Shown here: in pieces, positions 1-9,600 of the stretch
Numbering within the stretch: the first letter of the stretch is position 1
How the letters are laid out: each line of letters begins with the position of its first letter
Assembly (NCBI GenBank): GCA_025928955.1
Contig: JAICNA010000003.1
Span: forward strand, 1-34,879
DNA: 34,879 nt
Reading direction: 5' to 3'
From: Gemmatimonadales bacterium
GTDB lineage: Bacteria > Gemmatimonadota > Gemmatimonadetes > Gemmatimonadales > GWC2-71-9
Position numbers and translations under genes: made by a program
Notes under the pieces: model-generated
Database searches by the model: none
Seen by the model: the letters and a program-made list of their open reading frames with translations, nothing else
Told to the model about the DNA's origin: nothing

Positions 1-37
1 GCTCAACGTGGCCCGGGCAGTCGGCGCCATCCCCTGA
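1..37 (+). CDS. Possible 3' end of an upstream gene (...LNVARAVGAIP*), truncated by the window edge
   Basis: Frame starting at nt 2 is open to TGA at 35-37 and is followed by a terminator-like hairpin; too short to identify. Confidence 0.3.
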   Translation, partial: LNVARAVGAIP

Positions 38-66
38 ACTTCGAGCGAACCGGGAAGCAGTTCGGC

Positions 67-101
67 CGCCGCCACCATTCGGTGGCGGCGACCCTTTCGT
101 T
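67..101 (+). terminator. Probable intrinsic terminator
   Basis: Perfect 10-bp stem CGCCGCCACC (67-76), loop ATTC, GGTGGCGGCG (81-90), then ACCCTTTCGTT (weak U-tract). Confidence 0.55.
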
Positions 102-171
102 GCCGAGCGAAGCTCGCGATCAGCGTGATGTCGGCCACGGTCCCACCCACGCAGACCCGCTACCGTGACCG

Positions 172-789
172 ATGGCCCAGCCGTCGCGACACCAGGTCTT
201 TCTGCTCTCGCCCGCGCATTGCGGCGGCAAGCGCGCTCAGCTCCTCATGAACGAGAGGGCGAGCTTTCCGCTCGCGGAGCGCCTTCGCTCCCCGGAAGGC
301 CTCCCACTCGGCGAAGCATTCAGTTTCCTGAGCGGCCTCTATTTCCGTGGGAAGCTCGCGTACGCGGCTCGCTTCGGTACGCCGCACCAGGGACGGCCCG
401 GCGCCCTCGTGATCACGGCGAACCGCGGACTGGTGCCCGCCGGCACGGCGATCGACCTTGCCGAGCTGCGCGAATTCGGGAGCGTGGACATCCGTGCGGA
501 CGACGAACGGTATCGCGAGCCGCTCGTCCGCGATGCGACCACCCTCGCCGAGGATCCGGATACCGCCGTCGTGCTCCTGGGGAGCGTGGCGACGGGAAAG
601 TATGTGGACGTGCTGCTCGACATCTTCGGCGAGCGGCTGCTCTTCCCCGTGCAGTTCGTGGGGCGGGGAGACATGAGTCGCGGAGCGCTCATGCTCCGTG
701 CCGCGCGTGAAGGCACGGAGCTCGACTATCAGCCGGTGGCCGGCGCAGTGCGCCGCGGCCCCCGCGCGGCACGGATCGGAGAACGCTGA
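172..789 (+). CDS. Hypothetical protein, possibly YaaA/DUF6884-like; first gene of the repair operon
   Basis: 205 aa with protein-like composition; stop overlaps the next start (TGATG, 787-791). The segment SGLYFRGKLAYA...ALVITANRGLVP loosely resembles DUF6884/YaaA-type motifs (family call tentative). Confidence 0.75.
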   Translation: MAQPSRHQVFLLSPAHCGGKRAQLLMNERASFPLAERLRSPEGLPLGEAFSFLSGLYFRGKLAYAARFGTPHQGRPGALVITANRGLVPAGTAIDLAELREFGSVDIRADDERYREPLVRDATTLAEDPDTAVVLLGSVATGKYVDVLLDIFGERLLFPVQFVGRGDMSRGALMLRAAREGTELDYQPVAGAVRRGPRAARIGER

Positions 790-1805
790 TGCCGGCGAAG
801 AAGCGGACGAGCAGCGCCGGGGCATCGGCGCGGCCGGTCAAGAAGGCGGCGCCCCGCCGGCCGGCGCGCGCCGGCGCGGTGCCCCACATCGAGATCCCCC
901 GCGATGCCAGGGACGTGACGCTCAGCATCGGCGGCAAGGAGCTCGACCTCACCAATCTCGACAAGGTCTTCTGGCCGGAGGAGGGATACACGAAGCGTGA
1001 TCTCCTCCAGTATTACGCCGACGTGGCGCACGTGATCCTCCCGCACCTGCGCGACCGGGCGATCACGATGAAGCGGTACCCGCACGGCATAACCGGCGAA
1101 TTCTTCTTCATGAAGCGGGCACCGGAGCACCGCCCCACCTGGATCGAGACCTGCTCGATCATGCACAAGTCGAAAAGCCTGATCGCGTTTCCGCTCGCGC
1201 AGGACGTTCCGTCGCTGCTCTGGCTCATCAACCTCGGCTGCATCGATCTCAACCAGTGGTACGGCACCTGCGATGACCCCGATCGCCCGTACTACCTGCA
1301 TTTCGATCTCGACCCGGGCGAGGGTGCCGGACTCGGCAAGGTGCTGGAGACCGCCTGCATCGTGCGCACCGCGCTCGAAGAGTACGGCATGACGCCGCTC
1401 GTCAAGACCAGCGGATCGAGCGGGGTCCATGTGTACGTGCCGATCGTGCGGGGTCCGCTGCAGAAGGCGGTGTGGACCTTCGCCAAGGCGCTGGCGAAGC
1501 GGCTCGAGCGGAAGCATCCTGACGTCATCACGGCCGAGTATCGCATCGCGGATCGTCCGCATGGGCGGGTGCTCGTCGATTACAACCAGAACGCGTGGGG
1601 CCGGACGCTCGCGTCGGTCTATTCGGTGCGCCCGAAGCCGCGCGCACCCGTGTCGACGCCCGTCACCTGGGAGGAAGTCGAACGGGGGTTCCGGATGGAG
1701 GATTTCACCATCGAGACGGTCCCGGCGCGCGTGCGGGAGCTGGGCGATCTCTGGCAGCCGCTCCTCGAGCCAAGAGGGCGCTTTCCCCTCGCGAAGCTGC
1801 TGTGA
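789..1805 (+). CDS. ligD: Stand-alone LigD-type primase-polymerase (AEP family, Prim-PolC/PolDom-like)
   Basis: Motifs LTNLDKVFWP, TKRDLLQYY, KRYPHG..GEFFF.K, FDLDP, KTSGSSGVHVYVP, DYNQN, YSVR, PVSTPVTWEE. No ligase or phosphoesterase domain is fused. Confidence 0.93.
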   Translation: MPAKKRTSSAGASARPVKKAAPRRPARAGAVPHIEIPRDARDVTLSIGGKELDLTNLDKVFWPEEGYTKRDLLQYYADVAHVILPHLRDRAITMKRYPHGITGEFFFMKRAPEHRPTWIETCSIMHKSKSLIAFPLAQDVPSLLWLINLGCIDLNQWYGTCDDPDRPYYLHFDLDPGEGAGLGKVLETACIVRTALEEYGMTPLVKTSGSSGVHVYVPIVRGPLQKAVWTFAKALAKRLERKHPDVITAEYRIADRPHGRVLVDYNQNAWGRTLASVYSVRPKPRAPVSTPVTWEEVERGFRMEDFTIETVPARVRELGDLWQPLLEPRGRFPLAKLL

Positions 1806-2806
1806 GCCTTCCGCTGCCGTTCCCGTATCCGCCGATGGAGGCGGAATCGGTCCAGGAGCTGCCCCAGGGAAAGGAATGGCAGTTCGAGCCCAAGTGGGAC
1901 GGCTTCCGCTGCCTGATCTTCCGCGATGGAGACAAGGTTCGCGTCCAGTCGAAGGCCGGAAAGCCGCTGGACCGCTACTTCCCCGACGTCGTGGAAGCCG
2001 CGCTCGCCGTCGGCGCGCGGCGCTTCGTCGTGGACGGCGAGATCGTGATACCGGTCGACGGCCGGCTGTCGTTCGACGACCTCCTTCAGCGTATCCACCC
2101 GGCCGCCAGTCGCGTGACGAAGCTGGCCGCAAGCCATCCCGCGCGGATTCACGTCTTCGATCTCCTCGTGGACGAGCGCGGCACCTCGCTCGTCGGGAAG
2201 CCCATGGCCGAGCGCAGGGAACGGCTGGAGGCGTTCGCCGATCGACACTTCCCGTCGCGCGCAGCGATGCAGCTCTCGCGCGTCACCCGAAGCCGGCCCA
2301 CCGCCTTGCGCTGGCTCGCGGGTGGCGGCAAGGGCGACCTCGACGGCGTGATCGCCAAGCGCATCGACCTGCCATACCGCTCGGGCGAGCGCGACGGGAT
2401 GGTCAAGGTCAAGCGCCTGCGCACGGCCGACTGCGTGGTCGGCGGGTTCCGCTATGCGTCGCGCGGAAAGGTGGTCGGCTCGCTCCTCCTCGGTCTCTAC
2501 GATGACGCTGGCCTGCTGCACCATGTCGGCTTCTGCTCGAGCCTGGCCGAGAAGGAGCGTCGAGGACTGACGGAGAAGCTGGAGAAGCTCATTGCCCCGC
2601 CCGGCTTCACCGGGAAGGCGCCGGGCGGCCCGAGCCGCTGGAGCACCGAACGGTCGGCGGAATGGGAGCCGCTTCGCCCGGCGCTCGTGGTGGAAGTGGG
2701 CTACGACCACGTGAGCGGCGGCCGCTTCCGACACGGAACGCGCTTCCTGAGGTGGCGCCCTGACAAGGCGCCGGGACAGTGCGGAATGGAGCAGCTGGCC
2801 GGCTAG
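1802..2806 (+). CDS. ligC: ATP-dependent DNA ligase, LigC type
   Basis: GTG start overlapping the upstream stop (GTGA). Adenylation motif EPKWDGFR, plus DGEIV, FDLL, DGVIAK, KVK..RTADCVVGGFR, SLLLGLY, RFRHGTRFLRWRPDK; 334 aa. Confidence 0.93.
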   Translation: MSLPLPFPYPPMEAESVQELPQGKEWQFEPKWDGFRCLIFRDGDKVRVQSKAGKPLDRYFPDVVEAALAVGARRFVVDGEIVIPVDGRLSFDDLLQRIHPAASRVTKLAASHPARIHVFDLLVDERGTSLVGKPMAERRERLEAFADRHFPSRAAMQLSRVTRSRPTALRWLAGGGKGDLDGVIAKRIDLPYRSGERDGMVKVKRLRTADCVVGGFRYASRGKVVGSLLLGLYDDAGLLHHVGFCSSLAEKERRGLTEKLEKLIAPPGFTGKAPGGPSRWSTERSAEWEPLRPALVVEVGYDHVSGGRFRHGTRFLRWRPDKAPGQCGMEQLAG

Positions 2807-3207
2807 GCGGGCGCGGCCTGCATCGCTTCGCGGATGGCGGACGAGAGCGCGGAGGGAAGGAACGGCTTCCTGATGAACGGCCGTTCCGGAAGCAGGTTGT
2901 GCCCTGCGAGCGTCGTGGTCGGATAGGCCGACATGCAGAGCACGGGCTGCAGCGGCCGCTCTTCATTGAGAATCCGGGACAGCTCGAGCCCGTCCATCAC
3001 CGGCATCACGACATCGGTGAGCACGAGCGCAAAGGGCGCCTCGCGCTGCCGGATGAGCCTGAGGGCCTCTCGGCCGTCGCCCGCCTCCGCCACCTCGAAA
3101 CCGAGCCCCCGGATCATGCGGCACGCGGCGCGCCGCACGGTGAGCTCGTCCTCCACGACGAGGATCGTCGGTGGCGGAGGTGCGGGAGGGGAAAGCTCGT
3201 CGGACAT
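2803..3207 (-). CDS. Single-domain response regulator (receiver)
   Basis: ILVVEDE, LVLTDVVMPVMDG (phospho-acceptor Asp), MSAY, FIRKPF; no output domain. Confidence 0.9.
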   Translation of the reverse strand: MSDELSPPAPPPPTILVVEDELTVRRAACRMIRGLGFEVAEAGDGREALRLIRQREAPFALVLTDVVMPVMDGLELSRILNEERPLQPVLCMSAYPTTTLAGHNLLPERPFIRKPFLPSALSSAIREAMQAAPA

Positions 3208-3213
3208 CTTCGG

Positions 3214-3750
3214 CTATTCCTGCACCTCGACGTGGTGGTCCATGCGCTGGAATGCGAGGAACTCGTGGACCGCTTTCACTGCGTCGGGATCGCGCGTGGT
3301 GATCCGCACCTCGCCTCCACCGGGCAGCGGGCGGAACTCGTAACGGATCCGGTCCCGCCGCGCCGCCATCGTGCGCACCCCGGGCACCTCGCGATCGTGC
3401 ACGAAGCCCGGCGTCTCGAAGTTGCCTGCCGCGAACGCCCGGGCGATCTGCTGCAGATGCTCCCGGATGGTGCGGACGCCGGCGGTGTCGGCGGGATCGC
3501 GCTGCAACTCGATCCGACCGCCGTCGGCAAGGTCATCGAACTGGTGCTCGGAGGTGTACTGATCCACCCCCATGGCGATCCGGCCGCGCGCCTGGACCGC
3601 GGCGAACGCGCTGTCTCCGCGGCTCGAATCGGCGGCCGGCTGCGCGCCATGCGACGGATGGTGCGCGTGGGTCTGTGCCTCCGCGCGGGCGGGGGCGAGG
3701 AGCAGCACCGAGGCAAGAACGGGCGCGAGCGCTGGTCGGGGTGACATCAT
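3214..3750 (-). CDS. Secreted hypothetical protein with a His-rich N-terminus
   Basis: Signal peptide ending AEA-Q, then HAHHPSH; globular-looking remainder (MGVDQYTSEHQF...GGRIELQ...FQRMDHH); packed tightly between neighbours. Confidence 0.75.
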   Translation of the reverse strand: MMSPRPALAPVLASVLLLAPARAEAQTHAHHPSHGAQPAADSSRGDSAFAAVQARGRIAMGVDQYTSEHQFDDLADGGRIELQRDPADTAGVRTIREHLQQIARAFAAGNFETPGFVHDREVPGVRTMAARRDRIRYEFRPLPGGGEVRITTRDPDAVKAVHEFLAFQRMDHHVEVQE

Positions 3751-3754
3751 GCGG

Positions 3755-4267
3755 CTAGCGGATCGTCACGTACCGCTCGAGCCGAGCCACCTCGGTCGAG
3801 TCCACATACTTGCCGATTTCACGGCGGAACTGCTCGATCGACGTATACGGGCGGTACTCCTCGAATTCGTGACGCATGCGGGGCCCGACGCCCGGAATGA
3901 GCTCGATCTCCGCTGGTGAGGCGGCGTTGAGATCGATCGGCTTCCAGAGACGGGTATAGATCGAGTCGCGCCGGGTGTCATCGAGCGAGCGCGCGAGCAC
4001 CGCGTCGACAGCCCGCATGTCGGCGTACGGCCGTCCCGCCACGAGAGCCGCGGCCGCCGCGCTGTCCAGCCCTGCAGCGACGAGGTCCGCGTGCGAAGCG
4101 GCATCGGGATCGAGCATTCCGCTCACCGAGGCGGTGGCGGTGGGCGCAGCGGGCGGGGCGGCCGGCATCGTGTCGGTTCCGGCTGCGGCGCGATCGTCGG
4201 CATCTCCTGCGCATGCCGCACCGAACGCGATCATGGCTGCGAACATCAGGCTGTGACGCTGGAGCAT
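3755..4267 (-). CDS. Helix-hairpin-helix (ComEA-like) lipoprotein
   Basis: SD AGAGGAG before the ATG at 4267; lipobox-like FGAAC; IDLNAASPAEIELIPGVG...RPYTSIEQF is an HhH_3-type pattern. Confidence 0.8.
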   Translation of the reverse strand: MLQRHSLMFAAMIAFGAACAGDADDRAAAGTDTMPAAPPAAPTATASVSGMLDPDAASHADLVAAGLDSAAAAALVAGRPYADMRAVDAVLARSLDDTRRDSIYTRLWKPIDLNAASPAEIELIPGVGPRMRHEFEEYRPYTSIEQFRREIGKYVDSTEVARLERYVTIR

Positions 4268-4322
4268 CTGCTTCTCCTCTGACGATGAATTGATTTCCAC
4301 GCCCGCAAGATACCCGCCCGGC

Positions 4323-4880
4323 TCACCTCGCGGAGACCGCCGCCCGGATTCGCGCAAGCTGGTTCCGGTGCACGAGGTCATGCCCGGCGTAGAGCTTCAT
4401 CATGTGTTCCAGGCTCTCCTCACCGCGCTCGGCGTGAAGCCCCACTCGCTTCCGGTCCGCCGGGGAGGCGCGCTCGAACAGCTCGACGTTCGCTTCCCGA
4501 AGCATCGCGAACCGCCGGAGCGCCCGCTCGGCCACCTTGCGTGCGTCGCCAGCAGGTGGATGGAGCCGCCGGACCCATGCGTCCTGGTCATACCCCGGCA
4601 GCGCCGGGCGATCCTGCGTCAGCACCATCCTGAAGCGGAACGAGCCGACGAGCTCGGAATCGGTCAGATGATCGACCACCTCGCCGATCGACCACTTGCC
4701 GGGGGCCTCGGGCCGGGCGAGCTCGACGGCGCTCAGTCCGTCGATCGCAGCGCGGAGTGCCTCGGGCATCTCCCGCAGGACCGCGAGCGCGTCACGATCG
4801 CCGAGGAGATCGAGGAGGGCGGCGCTGTAGGCCTGCGCGTCCTCGAGTGCGGTAGAAGCGGGATTGCCGAAACGGGACAT
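4323..4880 (-). CDS. DinB/YfiT family protein
   Basis: PGKWSIGEVVDHLTDSE, PGYDQDAW, GHDLVHRNQL (His triad pattern). Confidence 0.88.
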   Translation of the reverse strand: MSRFGNPASTALEDAQAYSAALLDLLGDRDALAVLREMPEALRAAIDGLSAVELARPEAPGKWSIGEVVDHLTDSELVGSFRFRMVLTQDRPALPGYDQDAWVRRLHPPAGDARKVAERALRRFAMLREANVELFERASPADRKRVGLHAERGEESLEHMMKLYAGHDLVHRNQLARIRAAVSAR

Positions 4881-4898
4881 GGCGCGCTGCTGCTCCAC

Positions 4899-5375
4899 TC
4901 AGGTTGAAGGCCGTGCGGGAATTACCGTGTGATAGATAGTGAGCGCCTCACCATCGTACTCGAGATCCTCGACCCGGCGCCAGCCGAGCCGCTCGAAGAG
5001 GGAACGGGCGGTACTCGTACCGGCATGAAGCTCGGCGAGCCCGATCTCCCCGGCGGTTCGTTCCGCCGCCCGCACGAGCGCCGTCCCGCGGCCCTGCCCG
5101 CGGGCGTCCGGCGCGACATACAGCGCGGCGAGCCAGGGTCCGAGGGCCGGGCGGCTCCGGACCGAGTCGTGCAGGAGCGCCACGGTCCCCACGAGCCGAC
5201 CGCCCTCGTAGCCGACGAGCGCGAGCGGAAGCGCATCCTTCCGCAGGCACTCGCGAAAGCGCGCCGCGATCGCCTCATGTCCCGTCTCGGCGGCATAAGC
5301 CGGCCATTCCTCGGCGAACGCGACGACCAGCCCCGCGATCGCATCAGGACGGTCGGCCAGGTAGCTGATCTCCAT
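4899..5375 (-). CDS. GNAT family N-acetyltransferase
   Basis: PWLAALYVAPDARGQGRGTALV (acetyl-CoA motif A), LFERLGW; start taken at MEISYLAD. Confidence 0.88.
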   Translation of the reverse strand: MEISYLADRPDAIAGLVVAFAEEWPAYAAETGHEAIAARFRECLRKDALPLALVGYEGGRLVGTVALLHDSVRSRPALGPWLAALYVAPDARGQGRGTALVRAAERTAGEIGLAELHAGTSTARSLFERLGWRRVEDLEYDGEALTIYHTVIPARPST

Positions 5376-5541
5376 CGGGCCCGACTCCAGGATGCGTCGA
5401 TGGCGGGTCGCCTTCGTCCCGGCCCCCAAGGTGCGCCACCCCCCGAGTCGCCGCGCGCGGTGACCTGCGCCGCATGGCCAGCGCCGGCTCGAGTATACGT
5501 TACGACAGGATCCCACGGAGTGACAGGAGGCAAGACCCCCG

Positions 5542-6504
5542 GTGTCCGATTCGATTCGCGACCTCATCTTCGGCCGCCCGCTCTTCGACGTGGTCGAGCC
5601 GAGGCGCACGTTCCAGGACGTCATCCTGCCGCCGTCGACGCTCGACGCGATCCGGCAGGCGCTCGCGCTGATCCGCAAGCAGAGCCTCATCTTCGACCGG
5701 TGGGGCCTGGCGGAGCGCCACGGGGGAACCGCCGGCCTCGCGCTTCATTTCGCGGGGCCGCCCGGGACCGGAAAGACGATTGCGGCCGAGGCGATCGCGG
5801 CCACCCTGGGCCGGAAGCTGCTGGTCGTGCGGTACGCGGAGCTCGAGTCGCGGTGGGTGGGACAGACCTCGAAACACGTCGCCTCGGTCTTCCGTGATGC
5901 GGCCAAGTCGGATGCGGTGCTCTTCTTCGACGAGGCGGACGCGATCGCGAGCCGGCGCTTCACGTCGCTGAGCCACGGGTATGAGCGCGAGGCCAACGCC
6001 ACGGTGAACGTCCTCCTCAATGAGGTCGAGCGGTTTCCCGGGGTGGTCATCTTCGCGACGAACCTCGCGGCCAACCTCGATCCCGCCTTCGAGCGCCGGA
6101 TCCGCACGCACATCCGCTTCGATCTTCCGGGTCTCGAGGAGCGCCAGAAGATCTGGCGCGCGCAGCTGCACGCCACGAAGACCCCGCTCGCGTCCGACGT
6201 GAGCTTCCAGGAGCTCGCGGAGCGGTACCCACGGAGCGGCGGCGACATCAAGAACGCCGTGCTGAAGGCCGCCCAGCTCGCCACCTTCGAGCCGGGACCC
6301 GATCCGGAGAAGCGGATCCATCAGCGCCACTTCGTCCAGGGCATGGAGGAAGTGATGGCGGCGCAGAGCGTCATGTCCCAGTCGCTCTACGAGGCGCGCG
6401 ATGCGGCGGCACTCCCCACGCCGCGCGAGCGCCAGCTGCTCCTGATCGCCGGCAGCGCGCTGCTCGTGGCGATCGCGGCGCTTCTCACGGCCATCCTGAC
6501 GTAA
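5542..6504 (+). CDS. AAA+ ATPase with a C-terminal hydrophobic anchor
   Basis: SD AGGAGG; Walker A GPPGTGKT, pore loop RWVG, Walker B LFFDEAD, SRH ATNLAANLDPAFERR, SGGDIKN; ends LLLIAGSALLVAIAALLTAILT. Confidence 0.9.
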   Translation: MSDSIRDLIFGRPLFDVVEPRRTFQDVILPPSTLDAIRQALALIRKQSLIFDRWGLAERHGGTAGLALHFAGPPGTGKTIAAEAIAATLGRKLLVVRYAELESRWVGQTSKHVASVFRDAAKSDAVLFFDEADAIASRRFTSLSHGYEREANATVNVLLNEVERFPGVVIFATNLAANLDPAFERRIRTHIRFDLPGLEERQKIWRAQLHATKTPLASDVSFQELAERYPRSGGDIKNAVLKAAQLATFEPGPDPEKRIHQRHFVQGMEEVMAAQSVMSQSLYEARDAAALPTPRERQLLLIAGSALLVAIAALLTAILT

Positions 6505-6681
6505 CGGCCGCCCGCGGCCCTTCCCCCGCCTCCAAAGGGGGTCCTATGTTCCCGTGAGCGACGCATCAGCGCGCACGCGGCTCCGCCACGACACGCCACC
6601 GAGGGCATCGCCATCCCCACCTTCGAACTTCCCCGCTCCGTATCGCGACTCCTTCGCCGCCGGGCGGACCCGCACGAGACG

Positions 6682-9600
6682 GTGCTGGCCGGCCCGATTC
6701 GCGGTGACCTCCTCGGCGCCGAGCGCCTGGCCGAGCGGGCGCAGGCCCTCGCCAAGTCGCAACGGCTCGCCAGAGGGGGGCGCCGGAAGACCCCGCTGCT
6801 CGCGCGGCTGGACAGTACGCGGAGCATTCTCGCCGGCGCCCATCGCCGACTGCTCGATGCGGCGGACAGCGGCCGCGAAGTGGGACCGGCGGGCGACTGG
6901 CTGCTCGACAACTACTACGTCGTCCAGGAGCACATCGGCGAGGTGCGGGAAAGCCTCCCGAGCGGCTATTACCGCGAGCTTCCGGAACTGGCCACCGGAT
7001 CGCTCGCGGGATATCCGCGGGTGTACGAGCTGGCGATCACGCTGATCTCGCATACCGAAGGGCGAATCGACCTCCAGAACACATCGAGCTTCGTGGGCGC
7101 CTTCCAGCAGTCGGCGACGCTCACCATCGGCGAGCTCTGGGCGATTCCGGCGATGCTCCGCCTCGGCCTGATCGAGAACGTGCGGCGCATGGCGCTCCGG
7201 ACGGTCCAGCGGCTCGACAGCCTCGAAGCTGCGGATGCCGCGGCGGCCGGGATCCTGGCCGCCCAGGCCGACGAGCCGGCGCTCGAAGCCGCCTTGCAGG
7301 ACTTCATCTCGAGACGCCCGCCGCTCGACGCGATCTTCGTCTCGCGATTCCTGCATCAGCTTCGGTCCGAAGGCGGTGCACACCCGACGCTCCGCCGCCT
7401 CGAGCAGTGGGTGACCGAGGAGGCGTTCGGCGCTGAGGAAGCGACGTCCCGCTCGACGCAGCGGCTCGCCCTCACGCAGATCGCCATGGCGAACAGCATC
7501 TCCAGCCTCCGCGCCGTCGGACGGATGGACTGGAAGACGTTCGTCGAAGCGCAGAGCCGGATCGAGCACATCCTGCGCGCCGATCCCTCCGGGGATTACG
7601 CGCGCATGACATTCGCCACCCGCGACCGGTACCGGCACGTCGTCGAGAACATGGCGCGGCGGACTCGCAAGCCGGAGACCGCGGTGGCGGAGCTCGCCAT
7701 CGAGTGCGCGCGCCACGGCGCCGCCCTTCATCCCGGCGCCGCCCGCTACGCCCACGTCGGCTACTACCTCGTGGACGACGGGGTTGCCGAGCTCGAGCGG
7801 CTGACCGGCTACCGGCCCCATATCCGCGAGGGCCTGTACCGCTGGGTGCATCGTCACCCGGACGTGGTCTTCGTGGGCGGAGTCGCCGCCGCGACCGCGG
7901 CGGCGCTGGCCGCCCTCCTCTGGCTCGGCGGAGCGGGGGTGCGCACCGAGTGGCTCGCCGCGCTGCTCCTGGCGTTCATCCCCGCGAACGACATCGCCGT
8001 CAACGTGGTGAACCAGCTCGTCACGGCGCTGCTGCCGCCACGGCTCCTTCCGAAGCTCGACCTCCGGGAGCACGGAATTCCCCCCGAGTTCCGGACCGCG
8101 GTCGTGATCCCGACGCTCTTCGCGAGCCTGGAGGCGGTCGAGGAATCGCTCGAGAACCTCGAAGTGCAGTTCCTGGCCAACCGGGAAGCGCACCTGCATT
8201 TCGCGCTGCTCAGCGACTTCACCGATGCACCGACGGAGACACGCCGGGGGGACGAAGCGATCGTCGCCGCCGCGGCCGACGGCATCCGCGAGCTCAACCG
8301 CCGGTATGCCGCCGCGACCGGCGACGCCTTCTATCTCTTTCATCGCCCGCGGCGCTGGAACCCGCAGGAAGGCGTCTGGATGGGATGGGAGCGGAAGCGG
8401 GGGAAGCTCGCGGAGTTCAACCGCTTCGTGCTCGGTGAGGAAGGGAGCGGGTTCTCGACGATCGTCGGCGACGTCACGCCGCTCCGGAGCGTCCGGTACG
8501 TCATCACCCTCGATTCCGACACGGTGCTCCCGCCCGAGGCGGCTGCGCTGCTCGTCGGCGCGCTCGCGCATCCGCTCAACCGGGCCGAGTACGACCCCGC
8601 GCGCGGGCGCGTGGTTCGCGGCTACGGGATCCTGCAGCCCCGCGTCGGCGTGTCGCTGCCGAGTGCGCACCGTTCGCTCTTCGCCTCGATCCATTCGGGG
8701 CATCCCGGCGTCGATCCATACACCACCGCGGTATCGGACGTATACCAGGACCTGTACGGCGAAGGGAGCTTCGCCGGGAAGGGCGTCTACGACGTCGCCG
8801 CATTCGAGCAGGCCACGGGTGGCCGCTTCCCCGAGAACGCGCTCCTCTCGCACGACCTGATCGAAGGGAACTACGCGCGGGCCGGCCTCGCCACGGATGT
8901 GATCGTCTACGATGATTACCCCGCCCGATACCTCACCTATACCCGGCGCAAGCATCGCTGGACGCGCGGCGACTGGCAGCTGCTTCCCTGGCTCCGCCGC
9001 CGCGTGCCCGCGGCCGGGGGCCGCGAGCCCAACCGGCTCTCGCTGCTCTCGCGATGGAAGATCGTGGACAACCTGCGCCGGAGTGTCGTGGAAATCGCGC
9101 AGCTCACGTTCCTCCTCGCCGGCTGGCTGTTCATGCCGGTGACGCCGATCCGGTGGACGCTCGTCGGGCTCGGCGCGATCGCGGCTCCGTGGGTCGTGTC
9201 GCTGCTCCTCGCGATCGTGCGCCCGCCGTTCGACAAGTCGTGGCGCGCGTATTACGGAGCGGTGGCGCGCGACGCCGCGACGAGCGCCAAGCAGTTCGCG
9301 CTCGCCGTGGTCTACCTGCCGCATCAGGCGTGGAACTCGGCCGACGCGATCGTCCGCGCGCTGTGGCGCATGGCGGTATCCCGGAAGCACCTCCTCGAAT
9401 GGCAGACCGCGGTGCAGACCGAGCGGTCGACCGAGGATTCCGCGAGCGTGGTGTGGCGCGCCATGTGGCCCGCCGCGCTCGTCGCGGCGCTGGTGCTCGC
9501 GATCATCCTCTGGCGCGCAGCGCCCGGCAGCTCGCATCCGGCCCCGCTCTGGCAGCTGGGTGTCGGGCTCCTCACGCTCGTCATCGCCTGGGCCGTGTCC

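Noticed and set aside
1595-1801. Upstream extensions in the ORF track (ligase from 1595; likewise GNAT to 5690, kinase to 23154, RRE to 24599, PadR from 30532, ADOP from 31158)
   Set aside because: They overlap neighbouring real genes; internal starts with an SD or 4-nt overlaps fit better.
789-2806. Calling this a complete Ku-LigD NHEJ system
   Set aside because: No Ku and no phosphoesterase domain in the window; the layout fits Prim-PolC/LigC better.
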